Part shown: one piece after another, positions 52,981-61,013 of the stretch
Layout of the letters: the number at the start of each line of letters is the position of its first letter
Position numbering within the stretch: position 1 is the first letter of the stretch
From: an uncultured Spirochaetota bacterium
Lineage (GTDB): Bacteria; Spirochaetota; Spirochaetia; SZUA-6; Fen-1364
Assembly (NCBI GenBank): GCA_963820525.1
Contig: CAWGAA010000003.1
Coordinates: forward strand, 768,001-832,000
DNA: 64,000 nucleotides
Direction of reading: 5' to 3'
The notes under the pieces: generated by a model
What the model was told of the DNA's origin: nothing
What the model saw: the letters and a program-made list of their open reading frames with translations, nothing else
Database searches by the model: none
Translations under genes and position numbers: made by a program

Positions 52981-53613
52981 ATGTTCTTAGGACATTTCGC
53001 GGTCGGATTAGCGGCCAAGCCAATCGCCCCAAAGGCATCTCTGGGAGTCCTCCTGGTCGCCACTCAAGTGATAGACATATTATACGCCGTATTCTTGATC
53101 GCCGGTGTCGATCTTGTAGGTGCTGCTAGCCCCTGGGATCATGGGCTTGTCATGTCCGCGGTCTGGTCGGTCGCGGCTTTCGCGATCGCCTTCTTGGTCT
53201 CCCGAGACCTACGGACTGGCATTGTAATCGGGCTCCTGGTCCTGAGCCATTGGGTGGGGGATTTCATCGCCTATGATCACGTCCTCCCGCTCGCGTTCGG
53301 CGGCTCTCCATCGGTCGGCATCGGCTTGTATAGCTCCGTCGTGGTGATGGTTGCCGGCGATGTTCTGCTGTTCGCCGGGGCGATCGCCATCTACCTCCTC
53401 AAGACAAAAGCGAAGGACCGCACGGGCAGGTGGTCGTTTTGGCTCATGGCAGCCTATATCTTCGCCATGATGCCGACGTGTGCATTACCGGGGAAGCTGG
53501 TAATCATTGCGGCTTTCCTGATGCTCACCTTGTTGCCGTTCGGAATCTGGATCGACCGCCATCGTTTCGTGATCCCCTCCCGTATCGACGGACAAGGAGG
53601 CAAAGATGTATAG
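52981..53613 (+). CDS. Membrane protein, metal-dependent hydrolase-like
   Basis: MFLGHFAVG, 'PWDHGL', 'SHWVGD' His/Asp motifs; several transmembrane helices. Confidence 0.65.
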   Translation: MFLGHFAVGLAAKPIAPKASLGVLLVATQVIDILYAVFLIAGVDLVGAASPWDHGLVMSAVWSVAAFAIAFLVSRDLRTGIVIGLLVLSHWVGDFIAYDHVLPLAFGGSPSVGIGLYSSVVVMVAGDVLLFAGAIAIYLLKTKAKDRTGRWSFWLMAAYIFAMMPTCALPGKLVIIAAFLMLTLLPFGIWIDRHRFVIPSRIDGQGGKDV

Positions 53614-54169
53614 AGCTCTCAAGATCATAATCGCCATCTCGGCCATTTCCTTTTTCAGCGCAGGCTGCGAAACCTGGGACATGCCCGTGTATAAGGACCC
53701 CGTTGTTCTCGGATCCGACGGTTCCTCGGGCCGGATCGCCATTGTCTACCATCCCGGCGCAACGGCTTTTACGGAAAGCATGGTGACGAGATTGGGGCAG
53801 GAGCTGGCCTCCAGAGGCTACATTGCCACATTGTTCACGGCCAATCCCGAGCTTTCCCTGGATCAGGGAAGCTACACGGCGCTCGTCCTCGGCTCTCCAG
53901 TCTACGGAGCGGAGATACGTCCGCCGGTCAAGGATTTCATTATCGCGAACGCGCCCTTCTCCATTCCCGTCTTCGCTCTGCTCACCGGCGGCTTCGGGAC
54001 GGCGTGGTATGAAGAAAATGACCTCCCGGCGCTTATCAACTTTCTCAAGCAAGCGAACGTGAGCCTCACCGCTTGTGTCAAGATCGCTGCGGGAAGCTTC
54101 GAACCGGAAATCAAGAAACGCATCGCTTACTTGAGCGATGCGATCGACGGCGTTTTGGGGAATGACTGA
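53606..54169 (+). CDS. Flavodoxin-like lipoprotein
   Basis: Lipobox SAGC; IAIVYHPG..FT and LVLGSPVYG. Confidence 0.65.
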   Translation: MYRALKIIIAISAISFFSAGCETWDMPVYKDPVVLGSDGSSGRIAIVYHPGATAFTESMVTRLGQELASRGYIATLFTANPELSLDQGSYTALVLGSPVYGAEIRPPVKDFIIANAPFSIPVFALLTGGFGTAWYEENDLPALINFLKQANVSLTACVKIAAGSFEPEIKKRIAYLSDAIDGVLGND

Positions 54170-54197
54170 TGTCCCCGCTAAAAAGAGAGCCTTTGCG

Positions 54198-54656
54198 ATG
54201 AAGCGACGTGTCCCCGTCTTCATCATTCTGCTGCTCGTTTTCGCCGCGCTCCCCGCGGCTGCGCAGAAGGGGCCTCTCTCCATGGGGCCGATGGTTGGAG
54301 TCGTACCCGCGGGGGATTACTTCCTCATGCCCATAGGCGTGGACTTGCGCTACACCATCCTCGACTGGCTGTCATTAAGAGCGGACCTCTGTTACGCGCC
54401 CCTCGTCCCATCGGTCCAGGGCTATCCTGTCATTGCGGTCGGTGCGGAGATGGGCTCCGCGGGCTTCTACGGCAAGGTGATGGGCGAAACGCTGCTCGCC
54501 ATTGCGGAATCGCAGCTCTTCATTCCCATCGTCACCGCAGGCATGGGATTCGGCATCGTGGGGTTCTTCATAGAGATCGATTTCAATGTGCTCTTCGCCT
54601 ATGGCGCCATTGCGCCTTCCTTAGGCTCCACGTTGGGGTATCGCTTCGCGCTCTAG
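54198..54656 (+). CDS. Hypothetical secreted / small beta-barrel protein
   Basis: Signal peptide; alternating beta strands ending GYRFAL. Confidence 0.55.
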   Translation: MKRRVPVFIILLLVFAALPAAAQKGPLSMGPMVGVVPAGDYFLMPIGVDLRYTILDWLSLRADLCYAPLVPSVQGYPVIAVGAEMGSAGFYGKVMGETLLAIAESQLFIPIVTAGMGFGIVGFFIEIDFNVLFAYGAIAPSLGSTLGYRFAL

Positions 54657-55258
54657 TGACGCTCACCCCTTGGGCCCTTTCTGCCGGCCATCCGCAGTAT
54701 CTCCCCGAAAAGCTCGGCAACGACCGCTATCCCGTAATCCCTGAAGTTCTCTTCATTTTTCCAGAAGTCCTCCAGGCGCCCGCGGCCTTCCCGCTCGTAT
54801 CCCATCACCTTCGCCATCATCTGGACCTTGTCCAAACCCTTCACGAGCCGCGCTTCAGCCGAGGAGCCCGCCTGGAACTCCGCGAACAGCCGCTTCCACT
54901 GCGCATCCTGGCCGTCAAAGAGTCGATCGAACACATCGTTTTCCACAGCCGTCTTTGCGGCGCGAAACTGGGAGTCTCCCACCGGCATGGGGATGTCCAT
55001 CATCTTGGACTCCGGAAGGTCGTGGATCAGCGCCATCCGCATGGCGGCGAGTACGTCCATCGGCGGCTGTGCGAGGGGAGCCACGAGGCACACCAGAAGC
55101 GTCAGGGCATGGCTGTGGGCCGCAACGCTCTCGGGCTCTGCCACTCCGCGAAGGAGGTAACCGGACCTGGGGACCCGATCCAGCGGGTGAAGCTGAAGAA
55201 GCAGGTCAATGATCGCGCCGATTGAACCGGAAGGAGAAGGCTGAGCCGGCAATGTCAT
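54653..55258 (-). CDS. HD-domain hydrolase (YfbR/HDDC2-like)
   Basis: [28 protein letters not shown]. Confidence 0.88.
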   Translation of the reverse strand: MTLPAQPSPSGSIGAIIDLLLQLHPLDRVPRSGYLLRGVAEPESVAAHSHALTLLVCLVAPLAQPPMDVLAAMRMALIHDLPESKMMDIPMPVGDSQFRAAKTAVENDVFDRLFDGQDAQWKRLFAEFQAGSSAEARLVKGLDKVQMMAKVMGYEREGRGRLEDFWKNEENFRDYGIAVVAELFGEILRMAGRKGPRGERH

Positions 55259-55335
55259 GCGCCGAATCATATCACAGCGGCGCGTCTTGCGCCTCCACGC
55301 CCATTCACTGTACCTTCACTCTAAAGGAGGATGAT

Positions 55336-56121
55336 ATGAAGCGAATCGCGGTATCTCTGATCGCTCTCCTTGTCGCCTTCTCGACGTTCGCACAGGCAAA
55401 ACTGCCGGATCTGAAGGGCAGGACCATCCGTGCCGTCACGGAGAACGCCTACACCCCGCTCAACTTCGTGGATCCCAAGACGGGCAAAGCGATGGGGTGG
55501 GAATACGATGCCGTGAACGAAATCGGAAAAAGACTGAACGCAAAGATCGCCTGGAACATCTGCTCGTGGGACACGATGATCCAGGCCATCCGCGACGCCC
55601 AGTACGACGTGGGCATGGACGGGATCTCGATTACGGACGAGAGGAAGAAGCAGGTGGCGTTTTCAGATCCGTACATGGTGAGCCAGCAGTTCATGCTGGT
55701 GCGCAAGGGCGAAAACCGGTTCAAGAACGCGGCGGAGTTCGGCCCGGACCCGAAGCTTCTCATCGGCTCGCAGGCGGGCACGACGAACTTCTACGTGGCG
55801 GTGTACAACGTCCTGGACGGCAAGGAGGACAACCCGAGGATCAAGCTGTTCGAGACGTTCGGCGCCGCGGTCCAGGCGCTCATAGCCGGGGACGTGGATT
55901 GTGTGCTCATGGACGCCGCGTCCAGCAGGGGCTACGTAGGCGCCAACCCCGACAAGCTCAAGGTCATCGGAGACCCCCTGGGAACGGACTACTTCGGCTT
56001 CATCTTCAAGCTCGGGTCGGATCTGGTGGCGCCCTTCAACGCGGCCATCGCGGCGATGAAGACGGACGGCACGCTGGACAGGCTCAACACGAAGTGGTTC
56101 TACGAGTATAGCGCAAAATAG
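55336..56121 (+). CDS. Polar amino-acid ABC transporter substrate-binding protein
   Basis: Signal peptide, [37 protein letters not shown]. Confidence 0.9.
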   Translation: MKRIAVSLIALLVAFSTFAQAKLPDLKGRTIRAVTENAYTPLNFVDPKTGKAMGWEYDAVNEIGKRLNAKIAWNICSWDTMIQAIRDAQYDVGMDGISITDERKKQVAFSDPYMVSQQFMLVRKGENRFKNAAEFGPDPKLLIGSQAGTTNFYVAVYNVLDGKEDNPRIKLFETFGAAVQALIAGDVDCVLMDAASSRGYVGANPDKLKVIGDPLGTDYFGFIFKLGSDLVAPFNAAIAAMKTDGTLDRLNTKWFYEYSAK

Positions 56122-56125
56122 CCCG

Positions 56126-56977
56126 GTGACCGGCAAACGGGAAGGCGGGGAGCGCTTCCTGCCTTTCGCGGACAGGCTGAAGCGGCTCCCCTTCTGGCTC
56201 CTGGGAATCATCCTGCTCGGCGTGCTGGTGCTCTGGAGCATCGCCAGCAGGAGCGACTACCGGGTCATCTTCCGGGCCACGGCGAAAGGGCTTCTCACGA
56301 CGCTGTGGGTATCCCTGATCGCCTACTTGTTTTCCATCGTCGTCGGCCTGTTCCTCGGCCTGTGCAGGACCTCCCCTTCCCGCGCCATACGGGAGATCGC
56401 CACCTTCTGGGTGGAGATCGTGCGGGGCGTCCCCATGCTCGTGATCCTGTACTACATCGCCTTCATCGGAGCCCCGGGGCTGGTGGAGGCGGTGAACTTC
56501 ATCCTCTCTCCCCTGGTGAGGGCCGGGATCCTGGCGCCCCTGAGTATCAGAAGCATCGATTTCAGCTGGAGGGCCATCATCGCCCTCACCCTCGGCTACG
56601 GCGCGTTCATCTCAGAGATATTCAGGGCGGGCATTGAATCCATCCAGGCCGGCCAGTGGGAGGCCGCCTTTGCCCTGGGGCTTCGAAGGGGACAGGTACT
56701 GCGCCTCATCGTCCTGCCCCAGGCGGTGCGAAACGTGCTTCCGCCGCTGGGCAACGAGTTCGTAGCGATGATAAAGGACTCGGCGCTTGTCAGTGCCCTG
56801 GGCGTGCAGGACGTGACCCAGATGGGCAAGGTCTATGCGGCGAGCACCTTCAAGTTCTTCGAGACGTACAACATAGTCGCCTTCCTCTACCTGTTCCTCA
56901 CCATCACGCTTTCCATGCTCGTGCGGCTTCTGGAGAAAAGGCTGAAAGCCGGCCGAAGCAGGGCCGTGGGCAGGTAG
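56126..56977 (+). CDS. Polar amino-acid ABC transporter permease
   Basis: [32 protein letters not shown]. Confidence 0.9.
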   Translation: MTGKREGGERFLPFADRLKRLPFWLLGIILLGVLVLWSIASRSDYRVIFRATAKGLLTTLWVSLIAYLFSIVVGLFLGLCRTSPSRAIREIATFWVEIVRGVPMLVILYYIAFIGAPGLVEAVNFILSPLVRAGILAPLSIRSIDFSWRAIIALTLGYGAFISEIFRAGIESIQAGQWEAAFALGLRRGQVLRLIVLPQAVRNVLPPLGNEFVAMIKDSALVSALGVQDVTQMGKVYAASTFKFFETYNIVAFLYLFLTITLSMLVRLLEKRLKAGRSRAVGR

Positions 56978-57033
56978 GAAAAATGCGCGCCGCGATGAAG
57001 CGGACGCATGGTTGAAAAAGGAGGCACGAGTCC

Positions 57034-57768
57034 ATGAAAACTGCGGGATCATCTCGAGAAGCCGGCAATCGTGCGGACCCATCCTGGAGGCTGCTCTATG
57101 CGGCAGGGAGCGCCTCGGCGCTGCTTTACGTCATCATGATCGTCATTCCCCTCACTCTTGTGTTCACCTCTCCCCAGCCTCCGAGCTCGGGAGGAGCGGC
57201 CGTATTGCAGTACATCGCGTCACACAAGGCAATCTACATGGTCGAGCTTGTGTGCTTTGTCGGCCTGAGCGTCCCGGCACTCGTCGTTTTCCTCGCTCTT
57301 TCGGTTTCCCTCAAAGAGCTGAACAAGAGCCTGGCTGCAATTGGCGCTTTGATCGGAATTGTTTCCGAAGTCCTGGCTTTGGCGTTGAACAGCAGCCCCC
57401 CGTCGCTCAACGGCAATCTGGTGTACCTCAGCGCTCAATACGCGGCGGCAGCCACCGATGCCCAGCGTCTGGCGGCGGCGGCCGCAGCCGAGGGTTTCAT
57501 CGCAGAGGCGAACGCCGTTTCTTCCGTCGGCTCATTGACCGCGCTCGGCATTCTGATCCTTTCAGTGGTCATGCTGAAGGGCGTCTTCCGCAAGGGTGCC
57601 GCGTACTTAGGCATTGCGACGGGTGTCGTGGGAATGGTCTTTGAAGCTCTCAGACCGCTGATTGGTTTCGCCTATGGCATCTATGGGCTTCTGCTGCCGG
57701 TATGGTTCGTGGTTGTCGGTTTGAAGCTGTATCAACTGAGCCGCAGTCCCCAACCCGGACAGGGGTGA
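57034..57768 (+). CDS. Multi-pass membrane protein (DUF4386-like)
   Basis: About six hydrophobic helices; AAGGAGG RBS. Confidence 0.6.
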   Translation: MKTAGSSREAGNRADPSWRLLYAAGSASALLYVIMIVIPLTLVFTSPQPPSSGGAAVLQYIASHKAIYMVELVCFVGLSVPALVVFLALSVSLKELNKSLAAIGALIGIVSEVLALALNSSPPSLNGNLVYLSAQYAAAATDAQRLAAAAAAEGFIAEANAVSSVGSLTALGILILSVVMLKGVFRKGAAYLGIATGVVGMVFEALRPLIGFAYGIYGLLLPVWFVVVGLKLYQLSRSPQPGQG

Positions 57769-57773
57769 AAAAA

Positions 57774-57821
57774 GTGAAATTCACAATAACTGCCGGATCA
57801 TGGCGTTATTGCGAAATTCAC
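57774..57821. repeat. Inverted repeat with a TAAC...GTTA core, just past the recombinase stop codon
   Basis: GTGAAATTCACAATAAC (57774-57790) versus GTTATTGCGAAATTCAC (57805-57821): 15/17 complementary. Confidence 0.7.
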
Positions 57822-57825
57822 ACAA

Positions 57826-58623
57826 TTAGAGCGGGCTCTTGATCTTGGCGGCGGTTCTCTCCGTGACATGGAGATAGATCATAGTCGTTTTGACGCTCTT
57901 ATGCCCCAGAAGATCCTTTATCGAGCGTATGTCGATGCCGTTTGAAAGCAGAGCGGTAGCGAAAGAATGCCGTAGAGTGTGGCATGATGCCCGTTTTTGG
58001 ATGCCGCTGCCTTCATAGGCATGGGCGAAAATCGCCTGGACCGTTCTCTTGGTGTACGGTTTCCGGCTTTGGGTGAGGAAAAGGAACTCCTTGCCGTCCC
58101 GATCCCGTACAAGAGCCTTTAACTCCGCCGCGAGGGCTTCCGAGAATACCGTGATCCGGTCCTTGTTCTGCTTTGAATTGACTATCCGGACAGTCAGGGA
58201 AGGGAAATCAAGATCCCGGATTTTAATCCTCACGAGCTCACTCACCCTGAGGCCCGAGCCGAACAGCATGGAGATCATCAGGCGGTGCTTCGGGTTACGG
58301 ATCCTTGACAGAAGAATCAGAATGTCGGCTTTTTCCAGGAACGAGGGAAGCCGGTGTCTTGGACGGGCCTTTTCCAGCTTGTAGGGGCAGGGTTTTTTCA
58401 AAACCAGCTCGTAAAACAGCTTGATTGCGTTCCAGGCGATTCGTCTGGCTTCCTGCGATTCATAGGTGGACAGGAACCGGGATATCCTTTCCACAGGCTC
58501 GAATGCGGTCTTCTTGGAAAACTCAAGGAAGCGGCTTAAGCCGTTGCGATACGCCCTGATGGTGTTCGTTGCATATCCGCGGTTCCTCGATTCCCGAAGG
58601 AAAGCGTCCAGATAATGGTCCAT
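57826..58623 (-). CDS. Tyrosine recombinase (265 aa), integron-associated but lacking the IntI-specific insertion
   Basis: SAM-like N-terminus (RGYATNTIRAY), GLRVSE (R), SKQNKDR (K), HTLRHSFAT (HxxR), LLGH, TMIY (Y), ending KIKSPL. Only ~19 aa lie between KDRITVF and FLF. Confidence 0.92.
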   Translation of the reverse strand: MDHYLDAFLRESRNRGYATNTIRAYRNGLSRFLEFSKKTAFEPVERISRFLSTYESQEARRIAWNAIKLFYELVLKKPCPYKLEKARPRHRLPSFLEKADILILLSRIRNPKHRLMISMLFGSGLRVSELVRIKIRDLDFPSLTVRIVNSKQNKDRITVFSEALAAELKALVRDRDGKEFLFLTQSRKPYTKRTVQAIFAHAYEGSGIQKRASCHTLRHSFATALLSNGIDIRSIKDLLGHKSVKTTMIYLHVTERTAAKIKSPL

Positions 58624-58665
58624 GAAAAGCGCACTCCCCTACCTGTGTATACGGCGGGAACGTGC

Positions 58666-58693
58666 TTGATGATTGGGGAAGATGGTTTATAAT
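58666..58693 (+). promoter_or_regulatory. Candidate array promoter (Pc-like)
   Basis: TTGATG (58666-58671), 16 bp spacer, TATAAT (58688-58693), pointing into the array. Confidence 0.65.
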
Positions 58694-58707
58694 GAGGCAG
58701 AAAAAGA

Positions 58708-58732
58708 GAAATTCACACACAACGAGTTGAAC
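58708..58732 (+). other. Candidate primary recombination site (attI-like)
   Basis: GAAATTCACACACAACGA-GTTGAAC. The core at 58726-58732 fits GTTRRRY and is the exact complement of GTTCAAC at the far end of the first cassette. Confidence 0.7.
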
Positions 58733-58820
58733 AAAATCGCTCCGCGATGGCTTTCATCAAGCCTTAGTCTTCATTCGCCGCCATGAAAGCAAGACAGATG
58801 TTTCCCGCTTGTTATACAGC

Positions 58821-60011
58821 ATGGGCTATATTGAAGCGGCAACGGTTTTTCCAAGACCCAAATTCGAAGTCGCCGATGTTTTCAGACAAAGCACCCAGTT
58901 ACTGAAAGGCATCAGTTATGATCATTGGAAAGTCGTAAACGCAATCATAAACTGCCGCGGTCCGAAATTGGGCGGCCATAAACTTGTTTGCCATGAATGC
59001 GGGTATGAACAGATATCCTATAATTCATGCAGGAACCGGCATTGCCCCAAATGCCAGGCGAGCAAGCAGGCGCAATGGGTTTACGAGCGGACACAAGAGC
59101 TTCTGCCCATAAAATATTTCCATATCGTCTTCACCGTCCCGGCGGTATTGAATTCCCTTATTCTCCAGAATAAAAGAGTGCTCTACGACATTCTCTTTCA
59201 CGCCGCAAACGAGACTCTTCAAGAAGCCGCGGGAAACCCGAAGAATCTCGGCGCGAAGATCGGATTTATCGCCATTCTCCACACCTGGAGCCAAAACCTA
59301 CTTGACCATCCACATCTGCACTGCATTGTTACCGGAGGGGGATTGAGCCGGGATAAATCCGCATGGATTGAAAGCAGGAACAACTTCTTTATCTCGATAC
59401 ACATTCTCAATCGATTGTTCAGAGGTAAATACCTGCATTATTTGAAACAGGCATATGCAGCAAAAGAGTTGAGTTTCTTTGGTAAGTTACGCAAGACAGC
59501 AGAGACAGCCGGGTTTGCAAAGGTGTTGGATGAATGTTATGCGAAAAAATGGATCGTCTACGCCAAAAAGCCGTTTTCCAATCCGTTACGCGTACTGAAA
59601 TATATAGGGCACTATACGCATCGGGTAGCGATCAGCAACAAACGGATATTGAATTTCACCGGCGGAAACGTGAGCTTTATATGGAAGGACTACAGGAATA
59701 GAAACCGGAAAAAGGTAATGACACTTGGCGCCTCCGAGTTCATGAGAAGATTTCTCCTGCATGTGCTGCCGGAAGGATTCAAGCGTATACGATTTTACGG
59801 CCTCTTGAGCAACGGGCACAAAAATGAGAATCTGAAATACATCCGTCGTTTGTTATGCATCGATCTAGAATCTCAACAGCGATCGTATGATTTTTTCTTG
59901 GAAGCGCCTGAGACTATCGAAAAAAGATGTCCCCGCTGCAAGAGCGCGAATATTCAGATTATTGAGCTCCCGCCGGAAAATACCGCTGAAAGTTATTGGA
60001 ACAGCGCGTAA
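58821..60011 (+). CDS. IS91-family (Y2 HUH) transposase
   Basis: Zn-binding CHEC..SCRNRHCPKC, YFHIVFTVP, LHTWSQNL..HPHLH (HUH), YIGHY (Y-x3-Y), FLLHVLP.GF.RIRFYG, C-terminal CPRC. Confidence 0.93.
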   Translation: MGYIEAATVFPRPKFEVADVFRQSTQLLKGISYDHWKVVNAIINCRGPKLGGHKLVCHECGYEQISYNSCRNRHCPKCQASKQAQWVYERTQELLPIKYFHIVFTVPAVLNSLILQNKRVLYDILFHAANETLQEAAGNPKNLGAKIGFIAILHTWSQNLLDHPHLHCIVTGGGLSRDKSAWIESRNNFFISIHILNRLFRGKYLHYLKQAYAAKELSFFGKLRKTAETAGFAKVLDECYAKKWIVYAKKPFSNPLRVLKYIGHYTHRVAISNKRILNFTGGNVSFIWKDYRNRNRKKVMTLGASEFMRRFLLHVLPEGFKRIRFYGLLSNGHKNENLKYIRRLLCIDLESQQRSYDFFLEAPETIEKRCPRCKSANIQIIELPPENTAESYWNSA

Positions 60012-60041
60012 TAAAACCCATAGCGCGGGCGGAGCGACTTC

Positions 60042-60236
60042 GTTCAACATAGGGTTTACGCTCCGCTCCCTCCGGTCGCTCCGGGCTTCGCCACATGCCC
60101 CTCTGGCACAGGGCTTGCAGATCAAATCTTCTTACGGTCCTCTAAGATGTGTGGTACACTCTTTTCTATGTTTTGCGGGGCAACCCCTGTGCCAGCCCTT
60201 CGGGACGGGGCATGTCGTAAACCCTTTACGTTATAC
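60042..60236 (+). other. Branched attC-like site 1 (195 bp)
   Basis: GTTCAAC ... GTTATAC ends; stems AGGGTTTACG/CGTAAACCCT, ACATGCCCC/GGGGCATGT and TGGCACAGGGCTTGC/GCAACCCCTGTGCCA, with side arms. Confidence 0.8.
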
Positions 60237-60240
60237 GCCA

Positions 60241-60280
60241 TTGCGCCTTTGTGCATCAGCTGTATAATATGATGTTAGCT
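60241..60280 (+). promoter_or_regulatory. Internal promoter overlapping a secondary attI-like simple site
   Basis: TTGCGC (60241-60246), 16 bp spacer, TATAAT (60263-60268); GTATAAT-ATGAT-GTTAGCT geometry (7-5-7). Confidence 0.6.
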
Positions 60281-60337
60281 CCTTTAAAGAATTTTTACGT
60301 CATTATTATATCTCTGGATTTTGCTTAGAAATACTAT

Positions 60338-60838
60338 ATGTCACAGAAAATGATGACTAGAAATTATCGGTCTGCAATAATTATTTTTATTGGCATTTTG
60401 TTAGTATCGCTTTTGGGATATTTTTTAATAACCAAGAACACTATTGTTGAAGTGTTAAAGTATAGAGAATTCAAAAATGAGCTTGATTCTTTTATAAAGA
60501 ATTTGAATAAGAATGAATTTGAAAAAGCTGCCTATCAATTCCATTTTCTTGAAGCACAAAGTATTGGAATTGAACAATTAAAAAGAAACTTAGAGTCTAT
60601 AAAGAATAGATTTGGTAAAATAATTAATGGATCTAATAATATAACTTATTTAAAAACTAATAATGATAATATTTCATATTATGCCATTATTAGAATAGAG
60701 AATCCAAAAAATGATGGTGAAGTATTAGAAATAGTTGTGTATGAAGAAAATGGATACGGGAAACCTACTATTACTATATTTAATGGAATTGAATTTAAGG
60801 ATGAAATAAATCTCACAGATTGGGTAATAATGAATTAA
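60338..60838 (+). CDS. AT-rich hypothetical membrane-anchored protein (gene cassette)
   Basis: 166 aa ORF with an N-terminal transmembrane helix, bracketed by GTTAGCTCCTTT (60274-60285) and AAAGGAGCTAAC (60842-60853). Confidence 0.8.
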   Translation: MSQKMMTRNYRSAIIIFIGILLVSLLGYFLITKNTIVEVLKYREFKNELDSFIKNLNKNEFEKAAYQFHFLEAQSIGIEQLKRNLESIKNRFGKIINGSNNITYLKTNNDNISYYAIIRIENPKNDGEVLEIVVYEENGYGKPTITIFNGIEFKDEINLTDWVIMN

Positions 60839-60846
60839 GGAAAAGG

Positions 60847-60965
60847 AGCTAACATGCTGTTGAACTTGACGCCTAACACTTGTTGCAGCCATAGTTGCCT
60901 ACGTCCATAGAACCTTATTGCTTTTGGCTTCGGGTCGGCGGCGCAAGTTAACAGCGTTGTTATCT
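60847..60965 (+). other. Canonical attC site (119 bp)
   Basis: AGCTAAC-ATGCT-GTTGAACT-TGACGCC ... GGCGCA-AGTTAAC-AGCGTT-GTTATCT. The arms pair as GCTGTT[G]AACTTG[A]CGCC with two extrahelical bases. Confidence 0.9.
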
Positions 60966-61013
60966 GGCCCCAAGTCCTTTCAAGATTGCCGTGGCCAATA
61001 GGAGAACCGATGA

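Noticed and set aside
59865..60267. Small ORFs spanning the branched sites (59865-60125, 59887-60267, also 63111-63416)
   Set aside because: They run through palindromic recombination-site DNA and have no coding hallmarks.
60257..60280. Resemblance to a XerC/D dif site (CAGCTGTATAA..TGATGTTAGCT)
   Set aside because: The arms are only 2 nt apart instead of 6; an attI-like 7-5-7 reading fits better.
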